NCBI GenBank assembly: GCA_024704765.1
Contig: JAKMXF010000332.1
Coordinates: 602,018 to 666,017, forward strand
Direction of reading: 5' to 3'
Origin: Oopsacas minuta
Taxonomy: Eukaryota > Animalia > Porifera
DNA: 64,000 nucleotides
Of the stretch, positions 39,173-51,071 are shown piece by piece (position 1 is the stretch's first letter; every line of letters starts with the position of its first letter). A model generated the notes under the pieces. That model worked only from the letters and a program-made list of their open reading frames with translations. It did not search any database and was not told the origin of the DNA. Made by a program: the position numbers and the translations under genes.

Positions 39173-39343
39173 CAGGGTTTCTCAACCTCTCTCGAGCTTT
39201 GACCACACTTTCGGTAAAGAATTTTCTCTGACAATATCAAGTTTGGTCATAAATCTTCAATATGACCAAAAATATCATATGAAAGTATCTGTGACCACAG
39301 TGTGGTCAATTTTGGTTAAAAGACTTCAGGTTGAGAAACTCTG
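39173..39343. mobile_element. 171-bp non-autonomous hAT MITE (Buster type)
   Basis: TIRs CAGGGTTTCTCAACCT / AGGTTGAGAAACTCTG (15/16 match). Perfect 8-bp TSD ACCTAGAT with central TA. Internal TGACCA/TGGTCA repeats. Confidence 0.9.
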
Positions 39344-40033
39344 ACCTAGATCAAGTCATTAGAAATTATCCTTTGTAATTTTTTGCCTAAATTATCCTTA
39401 GTCGTCTTGTAAAGATTTTTCGAATATGTCATCAATAATAGTCCAATCCAAAGATTATTATTACTTGAACCTGAGTATTCCCAGCTTTGGTTATATTTCC
39501 CATCATTCTGCGATGGCATCTTATTACTTAGAGTATTGTTCATATTTATACTATTGTGCGAATATCTATTGCATTCTCCCTTTTATGGTAAATTTAAGAA
39601 ACCTTCAACACTCATGAATTCATTATATGGTTCTTATAACTATTTCCAATTTAAATTCAATATATTTATCAATGGTTTAATTTTCAGGTTCATTATTTTC
39701 GTTTGATACCTCTCATAAAACAAAATTTCATGCAACTTTGCAGCACTAATTTGCATCATGTTTAACTTTACAAAAGCGAATCCCTTCCCATAGTCCTAGA
39801 AGATATAATGCTTGATGGAGCCATAAACCTCATGATTCCACCAAAATACAACTTCAGTTCTCATTATTTAATTTGCTCTGCAAGTATGAAGGTTTGCGTT
39901 ATATCTCTGAGATTCGGAAAAGTTTTGATTAGCGATTTCTCCCTATTGCAACAGTCGGCTATTTTATGTTCTATCAGAATAAATGAGGTGATCTCAATAC
40001 ATAAGGTGATCGTGAATATGCAAATTTTTTTCT

Positions 40034-40398
40034 CGTGTGAAGTCAGCAGCGAATTGCAATAGCGAAATATGAGCACAACTTAAGATTTAAGAGTTCTGTC
40101 AGTTGTCAATCAATTCAACTAAATTTGGTGGCACCTTGTCTAACGTGGTGCATTTCCTACATGTAGTAATTAACCCATAATATACCTATTCTATCCACAA
40201 TGACGTTGAAAATTTCCTTTGGGATTTGTATTATATATTTGCAACGTCATTGTTGGGAGAATGAGTGTAATAGAGATTATTTATTGAGTTTCGGGAATGC
40301 AGTCAACCAATTTCAGATAGATTGATTTACAATTGACTGAATTATTATTGTTGAGTTGTGCTTATATTTCGCTGCTAGACTTCCCTGCTGACTTCACG
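40034..40398. repeat. Inverted-repeat pair (foldback or MITE remnant)
   Basis: Arm gtgaagtcagcag...agcgaaatatgagcacaact (40034-40080) is the reverse complement of agttgtgcttatatttcgct...ctgctgacttcac (40354-40398). Confidence 0.55.
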
Positions 40399-41999
40399 GG
40401 AAAATAGATCATTATTTATCTCAAATGTGGTTGAAAACATGGTCTATTCTAAACAAATTTAATACTACACTCACTATCATTCATGTTGCTAACAGCAAAT
40501 TTTGCTAATACTAGTTGATTCCAGTCTAACACAGTCTAGCTTTGCAGTTATGAATTATAAACATTATGGTTCCTGTGAACAGCACGATTGGAGCTGATAA
40601 TAGCCAATTTGAATTGCTGACACGAGAGATAAGCATTTAAAGTATCTTTTTTCCTTTGGCTGTTAACATCTTCCATCCCCTGTTTTGTGAATGATAAACT
40701 AAATCAATACAACGTATTACAAAGTCCAATTAACCCATAAATTTATTCATTGGAAATTTTCCAAAATAGCTACTAAGACAGTGCTTGGCAAAATCAGAAT
40801 TTGTTTGTTGCTGAGCTTAGCTAATAAAGATTTATCTGCTTGCAATTTGCCACCATCTTAATTATACTAATTTTGAAACTGAGGATATAGTCTCTATGTA
40901 GTTATAGTAGTCTGGTTCAATTTATTGAATTTTAGAGTTGTTAACACTGTTGTTCCTGTTGACTTTTCGAGATAAGGAACCAGACTATATGAGCCTTGAT
41001 GTGAATGTAAATAATTAGGTCTTAACTGTGCAACTGGGATAATTTATTTGTGACTAATACAGGTAAACCCCGAGATATGGCTTCATCGGGGGATTAAATT
41101 TGGGCTGTACCTCAGAGGTTACGCTTACACACTCTTAAATACTGTTTTAGGGCCAAAATATCAGATCTTTACAAAAATTAGTATTACTAATAGTTATTGA
41201 AAACCGATTAACCGAGGAGCAAGTATTGGCCTTGAGATTTAACGGCTGTAATCTTTATGGACCCAATGGTTAGTTGTGGGGGGCCTTTTCGGCCACACAC
41301 TCCTATTACTCCTAAATCCTGTACTGCTATGTGGGATTTATACATTATATCAGATGATTGCTGCATTTCTGAGGAAATTTTGCATGAAAATTTCCAATCC
41401 GGATTTCATTAGTTACCGTATTCTGAGATTTTCGATATCGGATCTCATAGTTTCAAGAAGACTAATAGTATAGGATAATCGATCGTTGAATTTTGATTAT
41501 CACGTATCTCATAGAGTTGCTGCATCTCAGAGGTGCAGTTTTGGAAGGTTTACCTGTAACATTTGTAGTGATGATCCCCACCTAACACAGTGGCTTTAAA
41601 TGCCTATCAGTAAACATTAAGGTCTTGGGTACCTTTAAAGTGCATAAAAATGTTATCTATCTATTGGTTATTATATATAGCTAGTTGATTGACAGCAAAG
41701 GTTTTTGGTATGGTTTCTATTTTTGAGTAATGATGACGTCAACATAATTTGTGAAACATAAACGAGCGTAAAATCTATCTAGGTTGGATTTAGGGTATAA
41801 AATCTATTATTTGCTTATGGGTTAATCATTATTTAGGGTGTATCAAAAAGATTGAGAGTTACCTGTGGTTTCTATTTTCTTGTTATGATGATGTAAGCAA
41901 AATTATACAGTTTAATTCTGGTAATATCTGTGTTATTTGACTTATTTAGAAAAGTGTTCTCACTAAATTATGTACCCAAGGGATAAAGTGTTTAGATTT

Positions 42000-42480
42000 T
42001 CAATATGCCGTTGCGGGTCCCGTTTCCATTATCTAAGTTCGCCATGATTGGGATTGCGTTGCATGAATAGCCTTGGACAGAGATCCCCACAAGGTTCGAT
42101 GTACCTTACCTTTGAGCGCTTTCGAAAACTATTTGTATTGGAAGTTGAAGAAGGAAGACAAGACGCTACTCAAATATTAACGAATTGAATAATATGTCTG
42201 TATCGTTAGTCTGGTGAAGCAAATTTGTACATTTCAGCCTGCAGGTGTGTCCGATTCCTCCACATTCCTTACACTTAAGAACATTGCAAAAACCTATCAC
42301 AACTGGACCGATAGATCATTACGTTTACTGAATGCATCATGTTCAGACTTCAATTCGTTGAATCTCCTCTGAAGTGAGGAAAGTTCGCCACTAAAAGATC
42401 AAATATCTGGATGAAGGAATCGACTGCCGTTCTGAATGATGGTTGAGAGAGAAGAAAATCAAGTGCTTCTTAGTTATTCA
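42000..42480 (-). mobile_element. Possible retrotransposon gag fragment
   Basis: Zinc-knuckle-like CKECGGIGHTCRLKC on the minus strand near 42230-42280; no other domain seen. Confidence 0.3.
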
Positions 42481-43120
42481 TTTAGAATTTGAAATTGTTG
42501 CTAGAAATTTGTTTAAATTAGTAGTACAATATGAATTGCTTAAATTCTGAAATTTTAAAAATTTACTGGTCGCTCTACTAAAAATGCTTGGTGTTCATTT
42601 CGGGGAGATTGGGGAGGCTGGATTTAGTTCTAAATTATAGATAATATTATGACAAATCACCCTAAAACTTGATATTACCTGGCCACGACTGGCCACAGTG
42701 AGTTTGAGAGGTAATTAGACCAAGGTATAATGTGTCGGACACATTATGTGACGTCAAAATTAACTGAATCATGGAGAAAATATTCAAAGTGAAATACTTA
42801 GCTCTTATCATAATTGAGAAGATTATATTCTGAACCAATAGTAGGTTAAACTTCGAGCTGTCATTCTGATGAGAATATTTAGGCACAGAGAATTATATGC
42901 CTATCTATATATATATCCAAATTAGGTGAATAATGAATTCAATGTTTGCCATCCACTATGTATGCCATCTGATTACGAAGTGATAGGAATGTTCTCAAGA
43001 AATTATGATTCCTAGATTTTAGACTATGGTGGATTTAGTTATAACATTTTCGAAAGCTTATGGGATGATGAAGAATTTCCTCTAAAGCCTATGGTCAAGC
43101 CACTGTGCCTAACCACCCGA

Positions 43121-45953
43121 CACGGGTCTCTCAGAAAATCATATTGATCGAAAAAACGAGGTCCTTGAGATTTTTCATGATTCTTGTGTAGAATTTTGCG
43201 TAGAATCCGATTCTGTTGTCAAAAAATATTTCCCACACAAATTTTTTCGATAAATTTGTTTTTTTGTAAAAAAATAATTTTTTACAATTCGAATATTTTA
43301 GATTCTCATCATGACAGCGATGGCAGATGCATCACCATTGGCAATCAGATATTATTATGATATGCTTGGACATTGTTGTTTACATCTGCATGCACTTAGA
43401 ATTTTCAATAGTATTGCGGTTTTATTCTATTCTATTATGTCATTCATTTTTCTGTATGGTATCAGGTTCGAATAGTTTAACAATAGTAACAATAGTTTGA
43501 TTGCACGTCATTAATCACCTAATCGAGTCCTTTGAATACTTTTAAGTAGTTTCCATTCAGTGATAATTAGTAATTAAAGGTGTTTAACGAATATCTGTTT
43601 GCATAGAAAAACTATTTAAAGAATGCTTGTACTCATTTTCTATATAATTTTTCTGATACATAATTGTTCTGATATCTATTTCTACTGTTGGTATTTATGA
43701 GTAAGCACGAGTCTGCAAAAGACAAAATTTGTCGTTGGTGTTGTATTAAAGTTGGGAAGATAACTATTAAAATCAACAGCCTTATTTCTACTCATTTGGG
43801 TGAGCAATATTCGAAGTTTTTCGAGCCAATCGATCCGATGGACGATAATCGGCCAAATGTTTTGTGCAATACTTGCAAGCTCTATTTGGTTAATCGATCA
43901 ATGCATGATGATACTTCAAGGGAAATTCCTGTTCGATTCAATTGGCCAATTATACGAAATACTCGCTTGAATACGTGTAGTTCAGTCAATACCTGTGTAA
44001 TGTGCATGGAAAGTTCGAGATTTGGACCTAGAAATCGTGCTTCTTTGCAAATTCTCCACGAAAAACCTGGACGTCCTGCGATCAACTCTCCCAAAAAGGT
44101 TCTTAACCTTTGTAGTAAGTGTTTAAACACAATAAGTCCCGGATTTCCGCATACTTGCTCAAAACTTCTTTGGTAAATAATAGCCAATTTTTGTTAGCAC
44201 GAAAACGTTCTATTGAACCTGTCGTATGTTCCGAAATCTTACGAAAATTCCGCAGTGCAAGTGAGGACTCGCGTATAACGTTACCTAGACCATCGGGAGG
44301 CCATCCAATTCATATGCTTCCTGGTAATTTGGACCAGTTACCTCAACACAAAATGCCCAAAATGGATTTCTCTGACATCGCACAGATAAAATGCACTGGC
44401 GGAGCAATGAGTAACAAGCAACTAAAAGCTGTAACCAAAGTAATAAGGGATGCTGGCGTGGCCTGTCCATCAATGAAGGACTATTACGACGAACGGAAAC
44501 AATATTGTGATGATATATTCGAATGCGTCCAATTAGATCTGGAATGGAGCAAAGAGAAGTATTCCTCTGATATCAGAAAGACTTGGGTCGTACGCTGTTG
44601 CAACATCGACAAACTGATAGAAAAAGTCTACAACATTAGCGGAGAATCTTCAGTTTACAGTTTCAATTTTAAGCTTGGCCTTGATTATGGTTGTGGGTTC
44701 ACTAAGCTTGTCATGTGTCTACAACTGGAAAATTCTGTGCGAAATCTAATCTTCTTATGGGTATCAAGTGCTCCTGAAAATAATTACAATTTTTCTATAA
44801 TACTGAATGCCCCGGAAATTCAAAAGTTTATTCATGAGTACAACGTATCTTTTACCTTTGATCTCAAAGCCGCTGCTCTCTGTCTGGGTATTATGCTTGG
44901 ACGTTACCCATGCATTTGGTGTGTATGGGATGCTAAAAGTGGATTGGATCATGTCGAATTCAAATCAAGATCATCAGCACATCATGCAGAGATGTACCAA
45001 AAATTGTGTGAAGAATATAACTCCGACTCAAAGAATCATGCGATTGACTGTGATGGTGTAGAAGATATGGAGGCTCTTGGTGTATGGATGGTTGACTACA
45101 TGCAGATGTTCAATATTCCCGAGTTACATCTTTTGTTAGGGGTTGGTCAGAAGTTGTACAATGCGATCGTGGCTACAATGTCTGAAGAAGAGTTAGTTAC
45201 ACATGAATTATTACTGAAGCACAATAACATATCTCGAAGTTCTTACCATGGAGGCGCATTTGAAGGTAATGCAATGCGGAAAATTACATTGATGGTTGAG
45301 CAGATTGGTTTTCCAATTAGCAACTCATCCAGCATTGCTTTAAAGCGATTTTCAGAGGTAGTGAGGACATGTTTTGGGCAAAAGATACAAGGTGATTACA
45401 AACTGGCGATATTTCAATTTGAAGAAGCATTCAAATTAACTGGGCTGAATTGTTCAACAAAAGTTCATATAGTGTGCAGACATGTTATCCCATTTATCAC
45501 CAAATTCCTTCCAGTTGGTATGGGATTGGGCGCCGTTTCAGAGCAGGCAGCTGAATCAGCTCATTCTCGATTCATCAAAGTTTGGAGAAATTATCAATGT
45601 AGCGAGTCTCTAGAAAATTACGGCGAAAACCTACTAAATGCTGTCAAGGAAATTAGTTTCGTTAATTTTATAAGTACTTAATATATTCTATATGTGACTG
45701 ATGGGTGTATTATATTCAATGTATGAGTGATAACGATGATTCTAATCTGATAAATTAGCAACCCGACAACATATAAAAATGGGAACTAAAAAAATTTCTT
45801 TTTTACAAAAAAATATAAAATAACTCAAAAATTTGTGTGAGAAATATTTTTTTGGCAACAGAATCGGATTCTACGCAAAATTCTACACAAGAATCATGAA
45901 AAATCTCAAGGACCTCGTTTTTTCGATCAATATCATTTTCTGAGAGACCCGTG
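43121..45953 (+). mobile_element. Chapaev DNA transposon, 2833 bp, young
   Basis: TIRs begin CACGGGTCTCTCAGAAAAT and are near-identical for about 115 bp (looser to about 165 bp). Perfect 4-bp TSD CCGA (43117-43120, 45954-45957). Confidence 0.92.
43697..45681 (+). pseudogene. Chapaev transposase, about 661 aa once one missing A in the run at 44161-44164 is restored
   Basis: Chapa-type N-terminus H-x7-CRWC...D...P...CNTC...W...C..C, second finger CSKC...H.C. Core motifs LGLDYG, FDLK, CIWC, PELH and SEQAAESAHS. No internal stops in either ORF. Confidence 0.85.
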
Positions 45954-48174
45954 CCGAGTAGTCGAGCACTAGACCAAGACCAGAGGAGTCTAAGCGCTGG
46001 TGAACATATGCCCATAAAAGTATTCAAATAATAAATGAGCGGCCAAGGTATACATATTTCTGTAATTTGCCATGAATTGTAATTATAGACAATTTAATTG
46101 ACAATTTAATCCCGTAAAAATTATAATACTTGGTTAAATCTCGTGATTTAACTATTCATTTTGAAATTATAGTAAAATATTTTACAAAACAGACAATACT
46201 ATTCTTTAGAAAAAACATGTGGAAAGTTTTACAAGAAATATTTGGCCACTGGAATCAATTTCATAAAATCGTCTGTAAAGATCATTAAAAGGGTTGATAT
46301 TTACATAACTAGGCTCAGTCGCCTAACGGCATCCAACAAGGTGTCACTCTCTTAAGTTATGAGAATTTTGAGAATGAAATGTTGCCACTTTCCTGTCACA
46401 TTCCTGAGACATTCCCTCGTTTTTTTGTAAAAGTATTCATATTATATTCAAGTGCATTCAAACGACGAGAAATTTATCACTGATATATATCAACCTATAA
46501 TTCCTTTCGATTTGAACTTAATGAGTTTTATGTATTTTAAATCATCCAAATTTGTCTAACGGTGGCACATTTACATCTACAGGAGAGTAATTATAATTCG
46601 CTCTTATCGCAATTTCTTCTTTGTCAGACCCGATTTCTACTAGAGTAGAAAACAGTTGATTGATATATATTGGAAAATACAGGTGAGGCGCTTAATGATA
46701 GACACACAAAAAACCTATCATAGATGGATATTTGGAAGATAAACACTGTGTAAATAAGGAGTTATAGATGATAGCTGTACGCAGTGGCGAACACTAGGGG
46801 CGCTCAAGCACCCACAATAGATTCAAAGAAATAGTGTATTCATTACAGAAGGTGATAGATTGGACAAATTAAATAAGGGTTTAAACGATAAATAAAAGTA
46901 TGTATTGGGATCAACCGATCAAGTTATTTAATTCCTATACTAAGTTCCTGATAGTTATCCAATAAATAAAATACATTGTTCCCATAGAAATTCCATGTTA
47001 ATTAATACGGATTATCCGCTTTTTGAAATGTAACCATCGATCCAAAACAGCATCTAATGACACAGAATTCATTATATCCCGATTCATTGATAGTACCACT
47101 AGATCACTTGCTCTGGTATAATCAAGGCAGTTTCGATCCCAAGACAATTCCTATTCATTGTGCTGAAACTCCGTTCTACAGTAGCACTACTTACTGGTAA
47201 AGCTTTAGAAATGGAGATTAACAAGTTTAGATTTTTAAGAGTTCTAGGTCAAGGGCACTAGTGGCTTGAATTTAATAACAATACGGGCCCTTGTAGTTCA
47301 CTTCTCAAGAAATCGAGGTAAATCTCAAAGCAGCAGTCGTATCGTGAAACCAGGGGTAATAACCTGTTGAAATCCAAATAACACGATAAATACTACAATA
47401 TCAAACCAGGGTAATTTGGTCAGAGCGCTCCAATAATTAGCAAAGTATGTGCCACTACTGTACGGTATATATATATTCTCAACTTCATGGACAAGTTTAT
47501 CTCGTTATAGAGACCAAATGGGTCCACTGTCTGCATTAACCAGGTGTCCTCTTTAACTAGTTCTCTTGATTGGAATCTAATAGGACTCCTTTTAAGTGTC
47601 CGCTATTCGTTAGTGACTCATATCTTATAGAGTGAGCCGGGCCGCCACCGCAAGGACGGATTCAATTCAGAATTCACTCCTTCACTTCCCATTCCGAAGT
47701 AGAATTTTCGGACTGAATTCTCATTATCAGCCTTTTAATCACAGAAATCAAGGGCCTAATTCCCATTCCCATTCTTAGCCCTCTAAATACACAAATCAAG
47801 GGCTTAATTCCCATTCCCTTTCTTAATGGAATTATGGCTTGAAACACAAATCCCAATTCCATTCATAAATTGAACATTTTCCTGTACTTATACATAGGTG
47901 GTCGATAAGCGAGTTTAAGCGTTTTGTCTAAACACTAAAATATTATTATTTATACTTCATATCATTGAATTTATATTTCAATCTTTTTGATGGTGGCAGC
48001 AATGCTTTTTCCTCTAGAATGGGATAAATAATATTATATGCAACTATGGAGTGATAATAATATACAATTCTCCACACAGTTTGTGGAAGGCCTTGTATTC
48101 TACGATCCATCGATTTGTATTATAGTAATTTATGTGAAGCATATTTTTGGTATATAATATTCTTAATTTTATAG

Positions 48175-48471
48175 GAAGGTCCTCTTTTTCATTACGTGCA
48201 AGCTCCACGTAACAAACGGATCCCTGGGATTCAACGTAGCTTAAAACACAAACTACAGCAACAAAAGGTTATTCAAATGCAAAAGCAACAGCGTGAGGAG
48301 AAGATGCAAGCCAGCACATCACAGAATATAAGGCAAAGAAAACTTAGAGAAAGGGAATTTCAGAAAGCCGAGAAAAAATGGTTCAAGAAAAATGGAGGTC
48401 GTTACCAACAGCAAAAGCATATTAGCATGCGGAAAATTGCTCCCAGCGTTGAAATCAAGCACACATGGCAG
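48175..48471 (+). CDS. EIF3D: eIF3 subunit D, coding exon 2 (99 codons)
   Basis: AG|GAA...CAG|GTATTA. EGPLFHYV, KLREREFQKAEKKWFKKNG and PSVEIKHTWQ match human ESSFQLV, KERERIRLQKKFQKQFG and SSVEVRSDWE as recalled. Confidence 0.85.
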
Positions 48472-48944
48472 GTATTAAAGTTGCATAATTTCTGATGTCT
48501 CACATATTTAATTCTTTATTTCGCTTGCCGTGACAATCGTTATATAGGGCCTTACTACTATCCGAAACCATGGTTTCTTGAAGTCCATTATACTTGATTG
48601 GCAAAAATATTATACCCCAAAATACAAAATTGGTGCATTACAATTGGTGGTAATTCTAGAGTCGACGAAGCGATATTGATTATTGGCAAGAGCTTGAAAA
48701 ATGACTCATTTTAAAATATATTCCCGTTTATGCCAATCAGATTACGTCATTTCGACCCACTCGTCTGAGTCGGTTGAAATGACGTCATCTGATTCGCTCG
48801 TAATAATAATTAACTAACAATAGTACATTTATTCGTGCCAAAATGTACCAATTTTGTATTATCGTTAATAATATTATTGCCTATCAAAATAGTGGACTTC
48901 AAGTAATACAGGGACTACGAAATTATGGTCAGTGGTATGGCATG

Positions 48945-49500
48945 GCGTAGCCACTGTTCAGGTTGGTCAGGTTTCAACCTGGCCACTTTTTGTTACTGAT
49001 TTTCCCCAATATGGCACCACTCTGGCAGGTTAGTTAAGTTTACCTGATCACTCAGTCAGGTTTGTCAGTTTTCATCTAATTGTTAATTAACGGTATTTAA
49101 CCACTCCCGAGTATAGTAATGTAGTAAGCTCTTAGTTAGCAAGCCTTTTCTTGTATTTCTTTGCGACATACGTATTATTTTATTCCTACCTACTACTAAC
49201 CTGATCTCAACACGTTACTATCTGCTGAGATAGATTTAGATCCTTCTATCAATCTTGGTGTACTTTTAACCCACCTCTGGAATACTATTTAATAATATCA
49301 TTGACTTAGAAATTTTTCTTCGCTAGAGTCACACATGTAAATATATATCAGGCCGTAGCCATCGGTCCCGTTGGTCAGGTTTCAACCTTAACGATCTTGC
49401 TAACAAATCTTCCAATATTTCATCAGCTGGTCCAGTTGTACAAGTTAACCTAACTACCTTGTCTTGTTTATGCTGTATTCAACCAGACCACTTGTATTTT
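48945..49500 (+). repeat. Two related short repeats starting ggcgtagcc/ggccgtagcc
   Basis: cgtagcca...gttggtcaggtttcaacct occurs at about 48947-48980 and 49354-49388. Confidence 0.5.
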
Positions 49501-50042
49501 CATAGATATTTCCCTGTATGGCTTTTTATAACGGTGGTCACGCACTTGCCAATTTTGGTCAATATAAGCTGTTTCATATCTTTTGAGTTTTATGCTTCAG
49601 AATGTTCCCTCAAATGTTCTTCGGCTTTTTAAATACACTAACAATCATTTAGTAGGGAAACATTTTGGAAAAATCCAAAAACCTAAAAGTCAGGCTATTT
49701 ATGTAATTTCGTTGGGAATTGTCAGTACTTTGATACACTATATATATTGTAATAGCTTAACATACGGACTTCGAAACCCAAAATTGGCAATTCCGTAATC
49801 CAAATTTGTTACAAAAATGATCACATAGCATTTCATATTTACCTGCTAAAATGTATACAATCTGTACAATTTTAAGTGAACCCAATATATACGTCAATTT
49901 TCGGGCCGACGTACATTTTCCTTCGTTTAAGTGGTCACTTAACCATTATTTAGAGAATTCCTTCCCCTAGGACTCAAGAAAATTTTAACAAGTATTTACT
50001 GCATCGAACAGCTTAGTATCTCAATTTGTTGGTATTATTGCA

Positions 50043-50531
50043 GCTCCCATAGGGAGATTCCCTATGACATGGATGATATGTGACTTTCGTACGTACGTAC
50101 GTCCGCGCGTTCGTGCGTAATCTCGTAGTCCGATTCATATGAAAATTCATACACACATAAATTTTGGTTGGAGATTTTACCGATGTGGATGAATCTTTGC
50201 TAAAGTGGATATTTCACACATTTTGCTAATATTTCTGTACTTAGGGTAGGAAATTTGTTTCAACTGCTAGTCGAATATGTTGATTTCAAATTTCACATTT
50301 TCTAATCATATCTAGATGATTAATCATTTTCACCCTTTTTGAACATTATTCAAATTCACCCTTGAGATTTCTTCTTGACTTCTATTCAGTGGTAATATAC
50401 TAGGTATATTTCAAATTTCGCATTTATATATCTATATCTACACAATTCTTCTTATGGTAAATCACTTTTATACCTTTTGGGATATTATTTATGGTTTTGC
50501 TAGAGTTGATATTTCGTTTACAAGGCTAGTT
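50043..50531. mobile_element. HINE/DINE-1-like non-autonomous Helentron
   Basis: 5' hairpin ctccc-ata-gggag, (cgta)n microsatellite followed by atctc...ccgatt...atgaaa, and a candidate end ctagtt at 50526-50531. Confidence 0.5.
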
Positions 50532-51071
50532 AGGAGTAATTCTCAGGGGCCCCTTGGGTATGGGAAAAATTTTCTTGATATTGGAATTCCCAAGTAGAAA
50601 AACCTATGGGAAATGTTATAAATTCTCTGAACTAACCATATATATTACCGATTTTTGTCTGATTTAGATAATCCTCAAATACATTTCAAAATCCATAAAT
50701 CAGGTTTTGGGAATCATTCTCAAATCTATCAAAATTTTCAAATCGGTATGGATTTCATATCGATGTGAAAATCGATGGATTATGGATTCGATTGGATAAG
50801 GATTCTGATTCATCCGGACCCTCTGGTTTGCGTAATACCCCTAACTTTACTTGTAGAATACATCTACTGGTGCTACTAGAAAACCTACTCCCTTTGTCTG
50901 GCCCAAGATTCGAAACACATTCTTAAATACCTGCAGTAAGGTAAATTCATGTCCCATGAACATTGAAAGTTCAAGATTCGGGCTTAATCGATCTCCTTCT
51001 TCAATAATTCATGAAAATCCAGGATGGCCAAACGTTAAATCACCTCAGAAAATTTTTCATTTTATATATAT

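Larger units (their letters stand above)
16798..48174 (+). other. EIF3D: Predicted 31,377-bp intron 1 of EIF3D, filled with transposons
   Basis: GT at 16798, pyrimidine-rich acceptor ttcttaattttatAG ending 48174. Both ends are phase 0, and the spliced junction MKAFE|EGPLFHYV is collinear with human YFHEEDESSFQLV. Confidence 0.75.

Noticed and set aside
44140-44200. Programmed -1 ribosomal frameshift or micro-intron joining the two Chapaev ORFs
   Set aside because: No X XXY YYZ slippery heptamer. The nearby 25-nt GT-AG segment would not restore the frame. A one-base deletion explains it simply.
47733-47870. Two roughly 50-bp direct repeats as a CRISPR-like array
   Set aside because: Only two degenerate units, no unique spacers, no cas genes, eukaryotic context.
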